Assembly (NCBI GenBank): GCA_964188305.1
Contig: OZ076885.1
DNA: 64,000 nt
Strand: one strand, 5' to 3'
From: Podarcis bocagei
Taxonomy: Eukaryota
The number at the start of each line of letters is the position of its first letter. The stretch's first letter is position 1. The position numbers were made by a program, and so were the translations under genes. The notes beneath the pieces are model-generated. The model did not search any database, had not been told where the DNA came from, and worked only from the letters and a program-made list of their open reading frames with translations. Shown here piece by piece: positions 62,184 through 64,000 of this stretch.

Positions 62184-62433
62184 CAGTCGTACCTTGGTTG
62201 TTGAATGCCTTGGTACTCGTATGTTTCGGCTCCCAAATGATCGAAACCAGGAAGTGAGGGTTCCGGTTTTCGAACTTTTTTTGGGAAGCTGGACATCCGA
62301 TGTGGCTTCTGCTATTGTTTCTGGCATGCCTGTGCAATCAGAAGCCAATCAGAAGCTGTGCCTTGGTTTCTGAATGTTTTGGAAGTTGGATGGACTTCCG
62401 GAACGCATTCTGTTCGAAAATCAAGGTACAATT
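62184..62433. mobile_element. Tigger-like MITE
   Basis: Ends CAGTCGTACCTTGG / TCAAGGTACAATT with internal TTCGAA repeats. Confidence 0.7.
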
Positions 62434-62440
62434 CCTATGG

Positions 62441-62690
62441 TAGATGGTTGCCGTATTTCAAAAAGTGAAAATCTGGACACAAAAGTTATTGAGCCTTTTT
62501 TGGAAAAATCTAAAAAAGAAAAGAAAAGAGTTTTTGAGCTTTCTTTAAAAATAAAATTTAAAAATTGCCAGAATAAAGCCTACACTTCCGACATGGGCTT
62601 TTCCTGGACATTTTAGCGATTTCTGCTCAGACGCTGTTTACGAGAGCCGAATACTGGCTATGTCCGGGAAATTCCAGACGTATGGTGGAA
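62441..62690. mobile_element. Decayed DNA-transposon MITE
   Basis: Imperfect ends GGTTGCCGTATTTC...TGGACA / TGTCCGGGAAATTCCAGACGTATGG. Confidence 0.5.
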
Positions 62691-64000
62691 TTAGACGTAG
62701 ATGTCTCAGTCTCCAGAGAATGAAATTTGTATATGCAGCCTGCAATACTTTTTGCACGCATGTTGCTATAAGAGGAAACAGTGGTGGTGGAAGTGACTTT
62801 CCCCACTCATTTTCTCCACTACCGCTCAATATTGAATGACATAGTGTCAAAGAAATGAACCTCTTTTCATCTGACATCTTCTGGAAGACACAAAACTGTT
62901 GAAAGACCATGAACAAAGTGTCTCACTGAAGAATGAAAGCAAAAAAGGGGGAGAAAGAAGTTTGTCGGCTATTTCCTTTCAGGAGTGGGGACAAGGGATG
63001 TGGGCTGCTGTTGTTTTCAGTCCAGAGTGCCATCTATTAGATTTGTCATGCAGCCTCTTCATTTTCCATTTCCTCTCAAGGAGGGAAATGGCCTGAATGG
63101 AGTCACCAGAAGAGAGAATTTAAGCAACATGACAGGAAGCAGAGACTTTAAACCTGCACATTGCCTCAAGAAGAGGAGTGGGGAAAAGTGGGGAGGAAGC
63201 AGCAACATTTAGCAAAATGTCTGAAGGCGATAAGAAAGGTGACAACATCCTGAGGCATGGCAAGGGGACAGAGAGTAGAAAATCCCAGGGAGAGGTACAG
63301 GTATTCATTTGTGTAGAAAAAATAGATTGAACCCATATTAAGTAACTCACTTTAGACCCATTGTGATCAATAGGACTTACTTTTGTCATGACTAATTTAT
63401 TCCATTGATCTGAATGAGCATAACTGTATTGTGGGAGGGATTCAAGCACATATATACAGTTTTAGGTTTGTGCAGTTAAGGTGGATTAAAGTGCTCTCTT
63501 GCCCTAGCATGTTACAAATCCACCTTAAAAAACGGACAGTTTGCAGTTTGGAAAATGATGGTGAAATGCTTCTTAGAGCCTACACACAACAGAACCTTGA
63601 ATACTTGCTTAATTAAGAACATTTGTTTAATATGGGGTGATATGGAAGTGGGTTTTTGTACAGTAGCACTGGTTATATCTTAAACTTATTCTTATTTTAT
63701 TTTTCATAGCCCGCAGAAATGGGCTGTTCATTGCTGGAACCACAGTAGACAGAAACTGAAATTAACTAGAAAGAAAAGTATAAGAGAGGACTCTTGCTCC
63801 AGCTCCAAATAATATGGGGTTTTAATTTATCCCAAGAATGATCAGATTACCACGAATTATTTGACAACACCCACCTTAGCCATTTCTCCTCTCCCAATCA
63901 CATTGTCACAAAATGGTTGTTCCTGGAATAAAAAGGCTGTTGCAGTTTGGATAGTGACCTTTGTGTATAATGAATAGTTATTAGGTTCTGGCTTTCCCTA

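Noticed and set aside
52500-64000. Expected neighbour LRRC55 or another gene downstream of APLNR
   Set aside because: No LRR or LRRC55 C-terminal coding exon recognised; the region is repeat-rich intergenic DNA.
1-64000. CRISPR arrays, rRNA, operon-like or prokaryotic systems
   Set aside because: Eukaryotic intron-exon DNA with no repeat-spacer arrays or rRNA signatures.

Overview
Vertebrate genomic DNA, very likely a lacertid-type squamate lizard, judging by Sauria SINEs, L2/CR1/RTE/L1/Penelope remnants and hAT and Tc1-mariner MITEs. Two protein-coding genes lie on the + strand in the tandem order known from human 11q12. TNKS1BP1 (TAB182) has 10 phase-compatible coding exons from 15434 to 34296 (5103 nt, about 1700 aa), a probable CpG-island first exon ending at 8681, and a probable 3'UTR exon (36022 to ~36515) reached through a GC-AG intron. 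APLNR, the intronless apelin receptor, is at 48324-49442 (372 aa). There is one 172-nt assembly gap. The most notable observations are: (1) an AATAAA directly after the TNKS1BP1 stop that overlaps a GC 5' splice site, a possible switch controlling inclusion of a 3'UTR with a miR-17 site and G4; (2) an unrecognised minus-strand chain of exon- and microexon-like segments leaving the same CpG island; (3) a perfect 76-bp Penelope palindrome containing a minimal hammerhead ribozyme core; (4) apparent loss of the canonical RxxPDG tankyrase-binding motif; (5) an ATG-TGA-TG start-stop element on the start codon; (6) several nested transposon structures. Comparisons with human sequences are from memory and need checking by alignment.
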